Positions 14,001 to 34,997 of a DNA stretch of 64,000 nucleotides are shown here, one piece after another (positions within the stretch are counted from its first letter, which is position 1; every line of letters begins with the position of its first letter). Below the pieces are notes generated by a model that was not told the DNA's origin, searched no databases, and worked only from the letters and a program-made list of their open reading frames with translations. Origin of the DNA: Chrysomallon squamiferum (taxonomy: Eukaryota; Animalia; Mollusca); assembly GCA_012295275.1 (NCBI GenBank), contig CM022666.1, positions 9,672,001 to 9,736,000 of the forward strand, given 5' to 3'. A program made the translations under genes and the position numbers.

Positions 14001-17000
14001 AATCTCTTCATAGTAATTTAAAGTTTTGTTTTGATAATTAAAAGTTTAAATCACACCTCTATGCGTTTGACATCCATGTCCCACAATCCCAGAATGCAGT
14101 CGTCAGATCCACTCAGTAACTGTTTGGATGCAGATGAATAAACAAGAGCTTGCACTTTATCACTGGAAATAAAACAGAGAATTTGTGAGAAATTATTTTA
14201 CCTGAGTCCAGTGTGACTGGCCTTTTTTTGTTTTCAAATAGTACATGATGGAATCAGTATGTGGACATAACAACTGAAACAAGTATGGCAGCCAATATCA
14301 TTATTCTTGATAATTACTTTAATAAATTATAATTCAAAAAAATTGAAACATCTGTAATAATTTATAATTAACAAAAGTAGAACATAGTAATAATTTATAA
14401 TTAACAAAAGAGGAACATAGTAATAATTTATAATTAACAAAAATTATAATAAATTACTGATGTCCCTGCAGTTCAAATGCTGTCCCCTGTTTTCCACCGA
14501 TGTCCCAGACAATGATGGACTGATCAAAACTGCCACTAAACAGCAAACTTCTCTCTATGTCCCATGACAAACACCTGATACTACCTGTAATTAGTGTACA
14601 TTTTACCTGTGTATTTTTCATTGTGTCAATACTTTTACATTTATTTGTCATAAAAATATACATTTTTTTTTTTTTACAGTGGTTGTAAATAATTTCATTA
14701 CTACTTAGTTTATTATTACAAATACATATTTATTTCACTGTAATAATAATAATAATATATGTGTATTTTTTATATAACTACATATTAAGTTTATTTCACT
14801 ATTACAGCTGTAATAATACATGTATGTTTAATTCAGTTTTATGTTTGTTTCTAGAATTAAAAAAACAAGTAACATTAATTTTAGAAAAATCCAAATATAT
14901 TGAAATGTATTTTTACATTCTCTCCTTTCTAATGAAACATCATGGACATATACCAAAAAGACACATAGCTCCCAATATAGAATTTCTTTCACCAGATGAT
15001 TTTGCATAGTTGACAAATTACACAAAATAAATATTTGATTTCTTAATAGATTTTATAATCAATATTCTTTGATGGTCCAATTATATTTTACCTTAGATGA
15101 ATAAGTTAATGAAATTAATTAAATTGCTAAATGAATAAACAAACAAAAGAAAAAAATAAAATTTCAATCATTGACACTTAAATTAACCCTTTTGGTGCAA
15201 CACATACTTCACAGCAGCCAGTATTTCTTTTATTTTTTTCACAATGACATTGTATGCCATTTCACAAGGGAAATATTATGGCTTAGCTTATTTTTTCAAG
15301 ATATTTTGCCATCAGCAGTCTTCTAGCATGTCATGGTATCTCACTAACAGCAGCAAAAGGGTTAAGTAGGAACATGCTGTTTGGATTATTTTATTTACCC
15401 GAGTGTCCCTTCAGTGTTGTGATCAGCTGAAAACTGCTCTGTCCCACTTTCAGTACTGAGATTTGTCCTGAGTAATCACCCACAAATCCATACTTTGACT
15501 GCTCATCAAATCTGAAGACTGGTCAAGGTTCATTTATTTAACATTACTTCATTCTTGTATAATAAAAAAAACACAACAGAATATGAGGAAGTTTGTTGTA
15601 AATGTTTCAGATAGTTAAGATTTTTAAAATCATTCAAATCTAATAAAACTATTTTTATAACAAAAAAATTTAAAAAATTATTATATAACCTAGGATGTTT
15701 TTAATTTTTTATTATTTTTCAGTAATTTATTATTTATTATTTATCTTATATTTTTTTTTTTTTTTAAATTTTATTTATTCCAGTATATTTTTGCTTCTAT
15801 TTATTTATTTGTTATATTTTTTTCAAGTACTTTTGTTCAAATTCATTTCCAACACATTTAATTCTCAATTTAAAATATAAAAAAACAAAGCTGATCGAAT
15901 ATTAATTATGAATTATAAGGATACTCCAAACAGAGACACCAAGCCGCTGCCTGGTACCCGCCTAATCTCCTCCCTGTCTCAGAGCAGTGCCACTGAAAGT
16001 ATTTGTCCTTTCCACAGCTGAGAACCCACTCACAGGCAAGAGAAAACTTGATACCTGTCACACGACCTTGATGAGCTGAAGTATCAATACATCCACAGTT
16101 AAATGTGAGCTGGTACAACAAGACGTACATAAGGTGACATTTTAAAATATTTAATTTTTTTTATTTAGACATTACCAAATATAAACTTCAAAATGCAACT
16201 AATCTCACAGACATAAGAGACTCAAAACTGATTGTTTAAATCTGTCATATGCTGTGAGTTTGTTTTTTAAAGCAAGTTCATTCTAACCCTAAGAGCATGT
16301 GTTTTAAACAAAACATAAAAAAGAAAAAAAAAAAAAAATTAACTGGCAATGTCCATCTTTTATTGTTAATATGTACAGAGAATATAAAAACTATAAAAAT
16401 AATTGTTAAGTGAGGTACAGTGCATAATGTAATCAGCCACTTTGTTTATCATACATCTTAGAATAAGTAATAAATATATGGTAATCTAATGGCTTATAAT
16501 AAATTAATAATTTGTGTTTTATATTTGACTTCCTTACATTAAAGTTTTAAACATTTGATAATCTAGTGATAAATTAATAACAGTTTTATTTTATTTGTAA
16601 TGTTTTTCTCAAATATTTGATAATCTTGGAACTAGTAATGAATTAACAAAACAGAATTATTGTATTAGTACATGTATGATTTTCTGACAAATATTAGTTT
16701 AACAATAATGAAAACAAAGTTAGTTTTGTATTTATTAAACACTCACACACATGCTCAGACATTATACCTATATGTGTGTGTGTATGTGAGAGTGTGTGTA
16801 TATGTGTGTGTTTGTGTGTGTCCATCTGTGTATGTTTATGTTTTTATGTCAACATGTACATCTGTCTGTAGATTTCTGAAATCTGATGCTGAAAGAAGAT
16901 TTCTTTTCTATAAACATTAACTGAAAAGGGAAGACAGCCAATTTAGTTGGAAAGAAATCAGAAGACTAAAGGAGGAGGAAAATAAATTAAATGTAAACAT

Positions 17001-18567
17001 ACCAATATAATCTCTGACATGATTCAGTTTGTTGAAATCCTCAGACAAAATAAATTCCTACAAGAGATTAAATAATTATATATAAATATATAGATATAGA
17101 CACACACACACACACACATACCTACATACATACACATATACACACAAATAAATATATGTATAAATATGATTTCAAAATATATTCACTTAGAACATTTAAA
17201 ATTATGAAAAATAAATTATTTCTCTAGAACTGTTTCATTGTCTAGTTAAAAACTCACTTATAGTTAAACTGATATTGTTCCATCATTAATTTACTGAAAT
17301 TGTTCTGCTGTCTACTTAAAATATTACTGCAATTGCTCCATTATCTATTTAGACACTTACTGAAATTGTTCCACTGTAAGGTAAAATATTTACTGAAATT
17401 ATTGTTGTCTAGTTAAATAAAACCTTTTGGAAATTGTTCCATGATCAAGTTAAAAACATACTGAAATTGTTCCATTATCTGGTTAAAAACACTGAATTTG
17501 TTCCGCTTGTCAAGTTAAAAACTTACTGAAATTGTTCCATTGTCGAGCCCTACAAAAAGATGATGAGTTTCTGCATTGTACTCCATGGAGGAAGCTTCAT
17601 CTGAAAAAAAAACCCCACTTTCTATGTAAAATTAAATAAATATATTTATTTACAACATAAACAATACAAAATATTACAAACAGGGTGTGTCAGTAAATTG
17701 TGTGTATCTGTATGTGTGTATGTCTGTAAATTAATAAATAATGAATATTTATAAAACAAAGGTTGCTATGACATGTACAGGTAAATATATACAGGATGAG
17801 AAAAAATATTACTTATCATTTCAAAATAATCAATATAAGACAATCACACACACAAACACTTACCAGCCACACCATGACATATACTTGGCCAAAATTGTCC
17901 AGTGTCCCTTTTTAACCATACACGGACTGTTCTGAAATTAGAACCGAATAAATAAATAATATATATATATATATATATATATTTATTTAAATTTAAAATA
18001 AACTATTTTGATTTCTTAATATTTATTAAGATGGAATTTTAAAACATATTTCTAACAGTACACAAATTATTCATTTATATCACTTATTTCAGATTTTACA
18101 ATATACCATTTTGTAGTAGCATATGGAAGTCAGTATTATCTGTATAATGAATCGTTATTATAATTATCATAATAATTTTTATTTATTTATTTTTCAATTT
18201 TTTAATCAATAATCAGCAATCAGTTTAGGAATAAACTAAAAGTTAAAACAATTGTTGAAAACAGGGGATAAAACGTTTTAAAAAATCAAATTATATCTGC
18301 TAACTGGCACTGCTGCTGACATTGTAAGACTGTTTGGTAGATGGACTCTGATTTATCGACGTTTTTCATTGTTCGTCTTAACTATAAATAACTTCACAGC
18401 AAATCAAATACATACTTATCATCACTAACACTTATGATTCCATTTTCTTTTGGAATAATAACTGCCATATTTATACAATCGTTGCATCCTTCTAATTTGT
18501 TGATTAATACAGGTTTTCTAACATTTCCAGACACTTTCCCACTGGCAGGCTTAATTTCAGCCGCCAT
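11057..18567 (-). CDS. WDFY2: WD repeat and FYVE domain-containing protein (WDFY1/2 family), complete, 405 aa
   Basis: 12 exons complement(18416-18567, 17864-17931, 17527-17600, 17003-17057, 15925-16075, 15399-15511, 14458-14584, 14057-14162, 13209-13310, 12209-12339, 11554-11662, 11057-11086) = 1218 nt, open frame. Starts MAAEIKP; WD repeats ([29 protein letters not shown]); FYVE motifs [29 protein letters not shown]; ends LWDLSNVIH*. Confidence 0.96.
12650..13215 (-). repeat. 25-30-bp tandem array containing copies of the WDFY2 exon 9 donor site
   Basis: Minus-strand unit GTAAATTGAGTATTGTCATAGACAG, roughly 20 copies, beginning at the exon junction and diverging with distance. Confidence 0.9.
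14348..14442. repeat. 33-bp tandem repeat x3
   Basis: AACATAGTAATAATTTATAATTAACAAAAG.. three times, just inside WDFY2 intron 7. Confidence 0.85.
15187..15361. mobile_element. piggyBac-like MITE
   Basis: TTAA|CCCTTTTGGTGC ... GCAGCAAAAGGG|TTAA: 11/12 matching inverted termini plus TTAA TSD (15183-15186, 15362-15365). Confidence 0.7.
15512..15924 (-). other. U12-type (minor spliceosome) GT-AG intron, WDFY2 intron 5
   Basis: 5' site GTATCCTT (15924-15917) and branch site CCTTGAC (15528-15522) with the branch A 11 nt from the 3' end; no long polypyrimidine tract. Confidence 0.88.
17225..17544 (-). repeat. ~35-38-bp tandem array containing copies of the WDFY2 exon 3 end and donor site
   Basis: Minus-strand unit GACAATGGAACAATTTCA|GTAAGTTTTTAACTA, about 9 degenerate copies; the first copy is the true exon end. 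Confidence 0.88.
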
Positions 18568-18605
18568 TTTGTTTTATCACGTGACAGGATGAAATATCAC
18601 GTGCC
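18560..18605 (-). promoter_or_regulatory. WDFY2 promoter: YY1 motif plus tandem E-boxes
   Basis: AAAATGGCGGC overlaps the start codon; TCACGTGAC at 18577-18585 and TCACGTG at 18597-18603. Confidence 0.5.
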
Positions 18606-21600
18606 TATTACATCAGGAATCCCAACCGGACAATGACTTCGAGCGAATAACAAATTAGGATTGGTAATTGTATAGATCTGTGCATTCTCGTTTTAGCCAT
18701 TTGAAGAAAGATCGACAGCTGTGTGAACTGTTACTTAATGTCGACTGCACCTTAATAAATACGAGGGAATTAAAAATGGTTTAATGATGTCTTCTAAACG
18801 AAAAATAATAAAAAGATAAATATATTTATTACTTTAATTTTTTCGTATTTATTATCGTTTATCATCAAATAATTTTATTAGTATTATATTTATTTATTTG
18901 TTTATTTTATCTGTTTATTCATTCATTTATTCATTCATTTATTTAATTTTTTTTTGCATTTTATTTAGTCCTTGATAATCTATTTTAAGAAGGCCGCTTA
19001 AGATGAGGTATATTTAAAACAACACAAACAAAACTAAGTAAAATAAAATAAAATATCGCGAAATAAGAATACCAAAAAGAAAAATGATAATTTTTTTTTT
19101 TTTTAATTCCCTTTGAATTAACCTTGAAAATTGCAAAAAAAAAAAAAAAAAAAAAAATGAAGATATTTCATAAATGTTTGTTTTTAAATGTACATTTAAA
19201 TTTTTTCATAACTTACACTTATAATTATAATTGCCATTTTGTGTTAAAACACTGCACTTAAATAAAAAGAGTAATATCCGCGGACACGTTGCAGCTGTTG
19301 TCGTTGTAGATGTATACAAATGAATCTTACCTTTTTGGAAATGAGTATTCTGAAAATGAAATCATTTAGAAAGGTTGTTTGTTTTTTGTTTTTCCAGGAA
19401 AACTTGAAACAGACATTTTAGAAACATATATATTTTAAAATGTATTATTTTATATATATATATATATATAGAGCATATTACTCTTAATATTACAATAAGA
19501 ATGAAGAAAAAATAGCAAATAAAAAATCTCTGACATTTTTCTCTACTGTTGGAATTAAAAGTGATTCAGGATTAAATTATATAAATGTCAAACCTTGATT
19601 TCCCCACACACACATTTACACACGGGTTCCTGCAAGCAAACTGTACTATACGCGCACACACGAATACGCACACTCATAATAAAGAAAAATGCCTTAATTA
19701 CTGAGGTTTTTTTTTTTGTTTGTTTGTTGTTTGTCTTTTTTTTTTCGGGGGGGGGGCGTTTTTAGTAGGACTAACAGAGAGTTATTAATAAATAGTTTCC
19801 TTTTTAATTTGAATTTTACTCATTAATTTCATGTAATCATTCATTTATTTTTTTTATACATTAAAATTATTTATATATTATTTTTTATTTATTCATTTAT
19901 TTCTTATTTACTTACTTATTCATTCATTTATTCTCACTCTCCCCCCCCCCGTTTTATTCATGGTCTATTCAGCTCAGTCTGTTATATTTCCAGTGTAGTT
20001 GATCAATATGCTTTTTTGAGTTTACTGTTATATATCGACTTTATTCTATTTCAGGTTATTAAAGCAATCAGATCGCTATAAAGTAACTGTTCATTTATTA
20101 CGTGTAATTAGCGAAAATAAAGATAACCAAGCACGTATAGAATAATTAAATAGTGTTTTTGTTTGTTTGTTGGGTATGGGATGATTTTAAAATAATAATC
20201 AAGAACATTCAAAATTTTATTATTGGTGCATTTTTCATCGATATTTACAAGCTTAATCCTCTCAAAAGATCCAGTACAAATTTGTTTTAAAGTCTATATT
20301 TTGTGTTACGAAGAACTAGAAAATGAATGTATTCTGCTTTAATTAATTTAAATATTAATTAATAATTAAATATTACAACAAAATAATAAATATGTGTGCC
20401 ACCACCTTACTCTAAAGTTTCATCTAGCGCAGAAGAGAGAGAAAGATAGAAACAGAGATGGAATGATAGAAACAAAAAGATATAGAGAAAGATAGAAACA
20501 AATAAAGATAAAAACGGGAAAAGAGAAACAGAGATTATTTAATATTAAAAGAAATACAAAAGGACACTATGAAAAGTGAAAAGTACTTATAAATGGGCAC
20601 ATACATATAAAGTACATTAAGCAATGTACAGTCTACTAATTACAAAATAGTTTCAAAGCCTGCACCTGTTTTACCTTCACTCAGATAAAGAAATGTTTGA
20701 TTATTTCTTTTTTCTTTTTAACAAAGCATAACAAAAAAATATATTAAAAAACAACCATGGAATCTAACATTTGGGGTTTTAACAACATCTGAGGTAAATG
20801 TTGGCTGATAGGTTATCACCAGTTTGGAGTAGTCGGCCTTGCTTAACTCTGCAAACACGTGCATTGTGTGTCTAATGTGTTCATGTTGACCTAAGCATCC
20901 GCGATTAAAAACCTATTATCCGTGTGCATATTACCGATCAAGTGGTAAAACCCTTTTTTAACGAGCGAACCATCAAACTAAAGACCAAATAATTTCCGTT
21001 TTTCTGTTCGAACTCTTCATTTCATTGTTCACCGCAATTATCCTCACGCGCGTCTTAACCAAAGAAACCGAAGAGAGACGGAAATTATCGATCAGAGGTC
21101 CCGTGAGCCCGTCTATGCACGATTGCGCATTATAGATGTTTTACCGGTGGACTTGAACGTAGAACAGTGTTTCGTTGCGACAGAATTTTCTAGGAGGAAT
21201 AATAAGAAATAGATTAAAGAAATCAAACCCAAACAACATTGTGGACACGAGCAAAAACCGCAATGTTCTGCTCTCGTGAGCAAACCAATCGCAAAGGCTG
21301 AGATATTTAACCAGAGTGAATAATAGATGGAGCAAATCAAAAGTTACGCATTCGTTTAAACACTGTTCTTTGATTTCTTTACCGTTAAGCGAGAGCACAC
21401 AATAGACGGGATTGTGGCAAGACTTATTAAAATTTCATCGCCAATAAAAGCGCGGGGGCATTTCAGTTTATTCCCGTCTCTACAACAATTACAGACTCGA
21501 AGCGGACACCTGTTCCACGTCGATTATTCCCAGAGTCTTGTTCACCGAACACAAACGAACTAAAACGTGTGTTTGGACTGAAGAGACTGTTTGAAAGCGG

Positions 21601-22068
21601 GAACTGATTCAATCAATGATCGATCAACCGAAAAAAGACTATAACAAATATTTAATAAAAAATGTATATGTACATATGTGTGTCTGTCGTGAAAGAAAGT
21701 CCACGTGTTCATCTTTACCAGATCTGTGATAAAAGAAAACAAGATTTATTGTTTGCAGAATTCAGTTTTGTTTTTCATCCTTTATTTTCATTTCGTTCGT
21801 TTTCTTTATTTTCTTTCATTCCTTTCTTTCTTCCTTTCTTTCTTTTAATTTAATATTTTAATTTTTAAAAATTCTTTTTGGCGTTTCTCTAGTCTAAAAC
21901 TTTTGTATTCTTTATTTTATTTTGTTCATTTATTTATATATTTTTCTATTATTATTGTTTGTGTGTGTGTGTTTGTCATTATTTAGCAAGTACATTTTAT
22001 TTTCAACTCAGAGAACTACTTATTTATTTCATTTTTTTTTTTTTACTTTTAATTTTTAAAAAAATTGC

Positions 22069-22117
<49 letters not shown>

Positions 22118-23011
22118 TTTTAACTGTCGTATTTAAACTAATAAAATGGATATTTCGACTCTAAGTCTTATAAATAATCGACAAACGTAGTCACGTGATA
22201 CAAAATACGTCAGATCCAAGCTACATAACTGATTCCTCAAAAATAAAATTATATAAATATCAGCTATTAAAGTTTTTGTGACAAATAATACTGATTATAT
22301 ATTTATGTGCAAATATATATGGTTCATATTGCCATGATAGTTAAAGATTCTGTTATTGTGATTTTTTTTTTTTTTTTTTTGATATGTCGGGTATTTTGGT
22401 ATTTAAATATACATAAATTTTATATTATTTTATTATTATTATTATTTTTTTAATTTAATTTAATTTAATTTATTCAATATTATTTTTGTTTCCATCATTG
22501 AATTTTGTAGTATTATTATGTGCAAATAACAAACCTCAGATGGTGGTTATCGACTAAAAAAGGACTTACCATGGTGTATGTGCGTGTGTCCCTCTGTATG
22601 AATGTCAATGACTGCGCGTATTTATTTATTAAAAAAGGTCGTTTTCATTTTCGCTTACGAATACACAGTTGGAATGTTTTATTTATATATTTATATGCAG
22701 CAGTAAAGCTATATTATTATCATAATCATTATGCTGTTGTTGTTGTCTCGTTTTAGTGGTTGTTATTACTTGTATCCTTTTATTTTTTATTCATTTAATT
22801 TTAAATATAATTTTTAGATTTTTATTATAATTTTAACATTCTTTCATTTTTTTTTTTTTTCTCTCTCAGTAAAGATTAGAGATTCAGCGCGCTGTATCGA
22901 TATTACTGTGTCTCCAAATCGATTAATTTAATCGAAATGTTAGTAAGATTATCGATTGTCACTTTACGATCAACATGTTAAGTTTCCTACTTGAAACAAA
23001 GGTCCAGTCCA

Positions 23012-23068
<57 letters not shown>

Positions 23069-24114
23069 TTTTAATTTAGTCGCTGTTCGACATGAAAGAA
23101 GTTGCATTCGTGACTGTCACTGACGTACCCAGAGGGGAGAGGTAGGTATATAGATAAAATAAAGCAAAACAAATGTGTGTATATCTATGTGTGTATTTAT
23201 GTATGTGTACGTGTGTATGAGAGTGTGTATGTGTAGTTCGTAAAAATAGATTAGATTACGATATATGTAAATAAATGCATACAAATATACACACGTTCAT
23301 ACATATATACATACATACATACATACATACATATACATGTGTATACGTACGTCTATCTACCTATCTATAGCTAGATCTATATCTGTCATTGGTTTTGTGT
23401 GAACTTACCCAAACTCCAATGCGCCACTTAAATTTTACATCACTATTTCGAAGCATAAAGAATTATTTTCAGCTTCATATAAAACGGTTATTATTTCTAA
23501 TATAATAATTACATTAGTCTGTGTCATTCTTGCAAAGCAAAATGACCGAGTTTCTTATGATGTATTAGAGAAATAAAACAACAAAGGCATGACGTCACAT
23601 GAATACAAAAGCAAAACGCCATCAGCGAAGGTTAATATAATGTGTTCTTGTCTAATAGCAAACATTCTGGTAACTTTTTAATTATATAGTAACAGTTTAT
23701 TCATATTTATTTTAAGTGTTTATGAAAGTATTTCGAAAAAAGTGTTCAGTGATACTATTTATACTCTAATCAAGTTAGAAGAGAGCATGGGAGGCCCGTG
23801 TGCGTGTGTGTGTGTGTATTGGTGTGCATACGTATGTGTATGTTTGTCTCTGTGTGTGTGTATGTATTACTGCTGTTATCACTATTATTATATTGTACAT
23901 ATATGTATACCCCTATATTTAACTTTACATGCATACATACATACAGACACACAAAGAGAGAGAGACAAGCATTTATAAATACTGATTGGAATTATTGTTT
24001 TTCCTTTATATAAATACACATTACTATCAATATTATAGCTTCCAATTTTATTTAATAAATTTTCGTTCTACATATTCGTTACTACTGGTTTAATAAGAAA
24101 GATATCAAAAGCGA

Positions 24115-24168
<54 letters not shown>

Positions 24169-24855
24169 TATATTAATATTTAAATGGAAGAAACCTTTTT
24201 TTTTTTTTTTTTCCCCAAAGTTTATTGTTCGTTTATTCATTCATTCATTATAATATAATGTAGTAGTTTATCTTTCCTTCTGTGTGTAATTTTATATGTA
24301 CATAGATAATAAAATTACTTATGTAAAATTGAATCGATAAGTTTTATAAATAATGATAACAATAATAACAACAACAACAAGGAAACAAACATTAATAAAT
24401 AAAATAATAATAATAATAAACAAACAAAAAACTTTTTTGTATTAGAATATATAGTAGCAGTAGGAATAATCACAGCAGTAGTTGTTATTGTTGTTACATA
24501 AGAAACTAAAACGATATCAACACTTAATGACAAAAAAAAAGAATTAAAATTAAAATTGATGTATCAAACGATTTATGTCCCAGAATCTCAGCTGCCGAAA
24601 ACTTATTGTTTATTTTTAAAATGTATTTTAATTTTTCTAAATTTCCACCATTTGATTTTGTATTATTCGTCAACACGAATGTGTTTCAGACTCGTTCAAG
24701 TCAATCAGGTGAGAAAAAATTTAATAATTCGGAATTTTACGCGTCGGTTTGCATTTTACTTATGTAATATGAATATACTGCGTTCATTCAAACAACAACA
24801 AAAAATAATCCAAATTGGAATTAAATTAAATTAAATTATTTCTACGTTAATACGA

Positions 24856-24891
<36 letters not shown>

Positions 24892-24959
24892 TTTGTACCC
24901 TCAAATATTTGTTCCTTGATTGAATCAAATCAAGTTCCTGTCTGCCACGCGACGAGAGC

Positions 24960-25060
24960 CGAATCGAGGACTGTGATTGGCTACAGCTGGTTGTGGCTAC
25001 GCTTATGAGGAAATAATCAAATAAAAGGGGCGTGGCCAGCATTGTTGCTACAATATTAAA
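24960..25060 (+). promoter_or_regulatory. Probable Gfi1 proximal promoter
   Basis: Reverse CCAAT (GATTGG 24975-24980), E-box CAGCTG (24984-24989) and GC/KLF box GGGGCGTGGCC (25027-25037), 110-180 bp upstream of the ATG. Confidence 0.5.
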
Positions 25061-25150
25061 CACGCAACAGAAATTTGTTTCCAGAAAAGTGACTGCGAAA
25101 ATTTCAAATAAAGCGAGATTTGACTTATTAAATATTTTTTACTTTTGGAA

Positions 25151-31773
<6,623 letters not shown>

Positions 31774-32968
31774 CAGCTGCGGGTTTCTACTCGCGAGTAC
31801 CTCAATATATTTCATTGTTGTTTCCCTTGATAAAAAATATTAATTATATTTAAAATGATTACATAACTTTCGAGTGTAGGCTGTTGCTATGTGTACACTT
31901 GTGTGTGTTTGTGTGTTTAGGAATTAACAAACTACTTCACAAAAACAAAACAAATACTTTTGGATATATAAGGTGTTAAACAATCAGATGATTATGGTGA
32001 TGACATTTACCATAATAATTTGCGTTCTAAATACTGATTCCACAAAGCAATATTTTTTCGATTTTAATCATGTGTATGTATGTATGAAGGTATGATGTGT
32101 ATGTGTGTGTTATATTTATACATATATATATCATTTTCTTGCTTTTTACTGTATACAATTAGCATACGTCCACATGTCAGCTGTGTAAAATATATATAAA
32201 TTGATCAGTAAGTAAAGTTTAGTTCAAAAAAGTAAAATAAATATAAAACAAACGCAATGTCTTCAGTTTTATTCAGTTTTTATTTTGCATAGAATAAAGA
32301 CAAAAAGGAACTTTTTGGTTTGTTCTGTACATCACATTATGTCATAATGAAACAGAAAGGAACCGACAGTTAGCCTTAATATGAACTGTTTTCAGTACAT
32401 TATTATTCATTTGTTAGTTCAGCTCTGCACATTACATGTGTTAAGTGCTTCCTAACAGATATTATCATATTTTGTATGAAACAAAAATTATTTTTTTCAT
32501 TTTGATAATAATCATCAATAATAATAATAATAATAATCTTTTTATAAATAAATAAAATAAAATTAATATTAGAAGAAAAATAATTATAATAACTTTATTT
32601 TGCAATACACCCTCTTTTTTATTATATGCCAAGAACAACAAAAACAAAAATCAGTGTAAATTATTATAATAAAATGTCTAACAACAAATTACTTATTTTG
32701 GCCACGTCAAAAAATGGATAAATTCTAACAAGTTAAACAAAATAAAACAACAAACACATTTTATCATTATTAGTTATTACAGCTAAAACAAAGCAACAAC
32801 AAACAAAAAATATAAAAACTTCACTAATATATAAAGTTAATAAACCAAAAAAAATTAAAAATTAAAACAAAAAAGAAAAGAAATTATGGAGTAATGTTAT
32901 GGTGATAATAATAATAATGTTACTATACCAAAACAAATCATGAATTAAAATCACAAATTATAGTGTAC

Positions 32969-33004
<36 letters not shown>

Positions 33005-34997
33005 TAATTAATGATACAATCATTATTAAAATAAATTTTAAAATATTTATAATTCAAGAAAAGCATGACCCTGATTAACTTTCACAAAGAACAAAATAAT
33101 ATAAAAAAAGATATTTGTACATTAATTAAATGTACATACACACACATTATATATAATGACAGTATAAATATATTTGTTATTTCGCTTTATCACATGAGAT
33201 CTGTCGATATGTTGAAAAATTGTTACAGCTAACAATAAAATAATAATAATAATAATAATAACAAAGTAAAAACTCAAAATATGGATGAAAGATAAAGAAC
33301 AAAAATGATAAATAATATCAGAAAAAATAAGAAATAGAATGAAAGATTGAAAAAAAAAAATAAAGTAAAAGTTTAAGAAAAGGTCAAAATATTATATTTA
33401 TAGCAACAATCTATTGCAAAGCATTCAAACTGCACATTTGAAGGATTCATTTTGATCATTGTGTAAAATCTGAAATGTTTTTAAAGCTATAAAAATAAAA
33501 GAAAAAGAAAAAAGATCAACACACACTGGTATACTATTCTTTTGTGAACTATAACACGTTTAATATATTACTCTGTTGTATACATTTTTATTAACATCTA
33601 TCACAATAAAACTGGTAAACCTCTGTTTTACAATGTACATTTTAATATACTATATGCATGACAATGTATTATTACTGTTCTACTAATTATTAATGTTAGA
33701 AAAAATATACATACCTGTATTATTTTGCATAAATATTTGATTGTAAGAAATATTAGTCCACTATTTCAGAAAATATTAATAGACATCACTTGTAAAACTT
33801 CTGTATTAAATAATAATAATAATAATAATAATAGTATAAAATAGGTGAAATTCAGATGTTAGGATTAGTTAACAACTTCTGATATAATAATTAATTTTTA
33901 AAAATTAAATATTCCACAGTTGTCATATCTATACAGTAAACATTAAAAAAAAACAATTAATGATAAATAAAATTCAAATACTAATGTCTTATTAATCAGA
34001 GAAACATTTTTACAGAAAGAAAAGTTTAATGTGCAAAATGACATAAAAGAATTGTATTAAACAGGTACCAGATATAATAATATACATCCATGCACATATG
34101 TTACAGTAAATATATATTATCAGGAAGTATGTATAACTGCTGAAAATTTCAGAAAATATGTGTAATCACTGAAGTGAAATTAACATGGCCAAAGTTGATG
34201 ATGATCCATGGTAAATATACTCACACTGGTCTATCATCATCTAGTTTCCCTCCTGAAATTCTCCATAGTCTGGAGCCATTTTACTCAAGCTTTGCATATA
34301 TTTTCTTAAATTTTCAGGAATTATACGTATTTTATGATAATACCTATTTTCTGTGACATATAGAAAATAAGGGTGCACTGTGGTATAAAATGGATACACA
34401 TGTAAATAATAACACTAAATATTATATAAATAATAATAATAATTGTAAATTATGATAGGTACATGTGTAGAAGTATAATAACTGTATGTAAAGGTTTACA
34501 AAGAGGTTAATATGGTATAAAAAAATATGTAATAATTGCATTCAGCTAGTTAGAAATTATATACACACATCTATATACTGAAACACATTATTTACATAAA
34601 TTTATCAAAACTCTCGTGATTTTAACACTGTTTCTTGAGTAAGTTCAAAATAAATTGTGATAGAAGATCAGTAAAAATAAGACAAAAAAATAACTAAATG
34701 CAATTAAAAGAAAGACTCAACAAAATCCTTGGACTGTGCTTGTAGATTTCATGATTTAGACAAAAGGAAAGTTTATAATTTTCAGAGTGAAAAATTTAGA
34801 ATACTGGAAAATAAAAATCTTGCAAAAATGTAAATCACAATTGCACTTATTTTTCTAATGTATATTAATTAAAAAGTTCATTTCAAAACGTTTCTTTTTC
34901 ATTTATTATATTATTTACAGAAATAATTTAATGTGGGTTTTTAAAAAAAATGTGTGTATAATACTAATACATGTTTGTGTGTGTCACTATCTATATG

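Noticed and set aside
32236-32273. Abutting poly(A) signals of convergent Gfi1 and PRKX
   Set aside because: AATAAA is ubiquitous in this AT-rich DNA; cannot be supported without 3'-end data.
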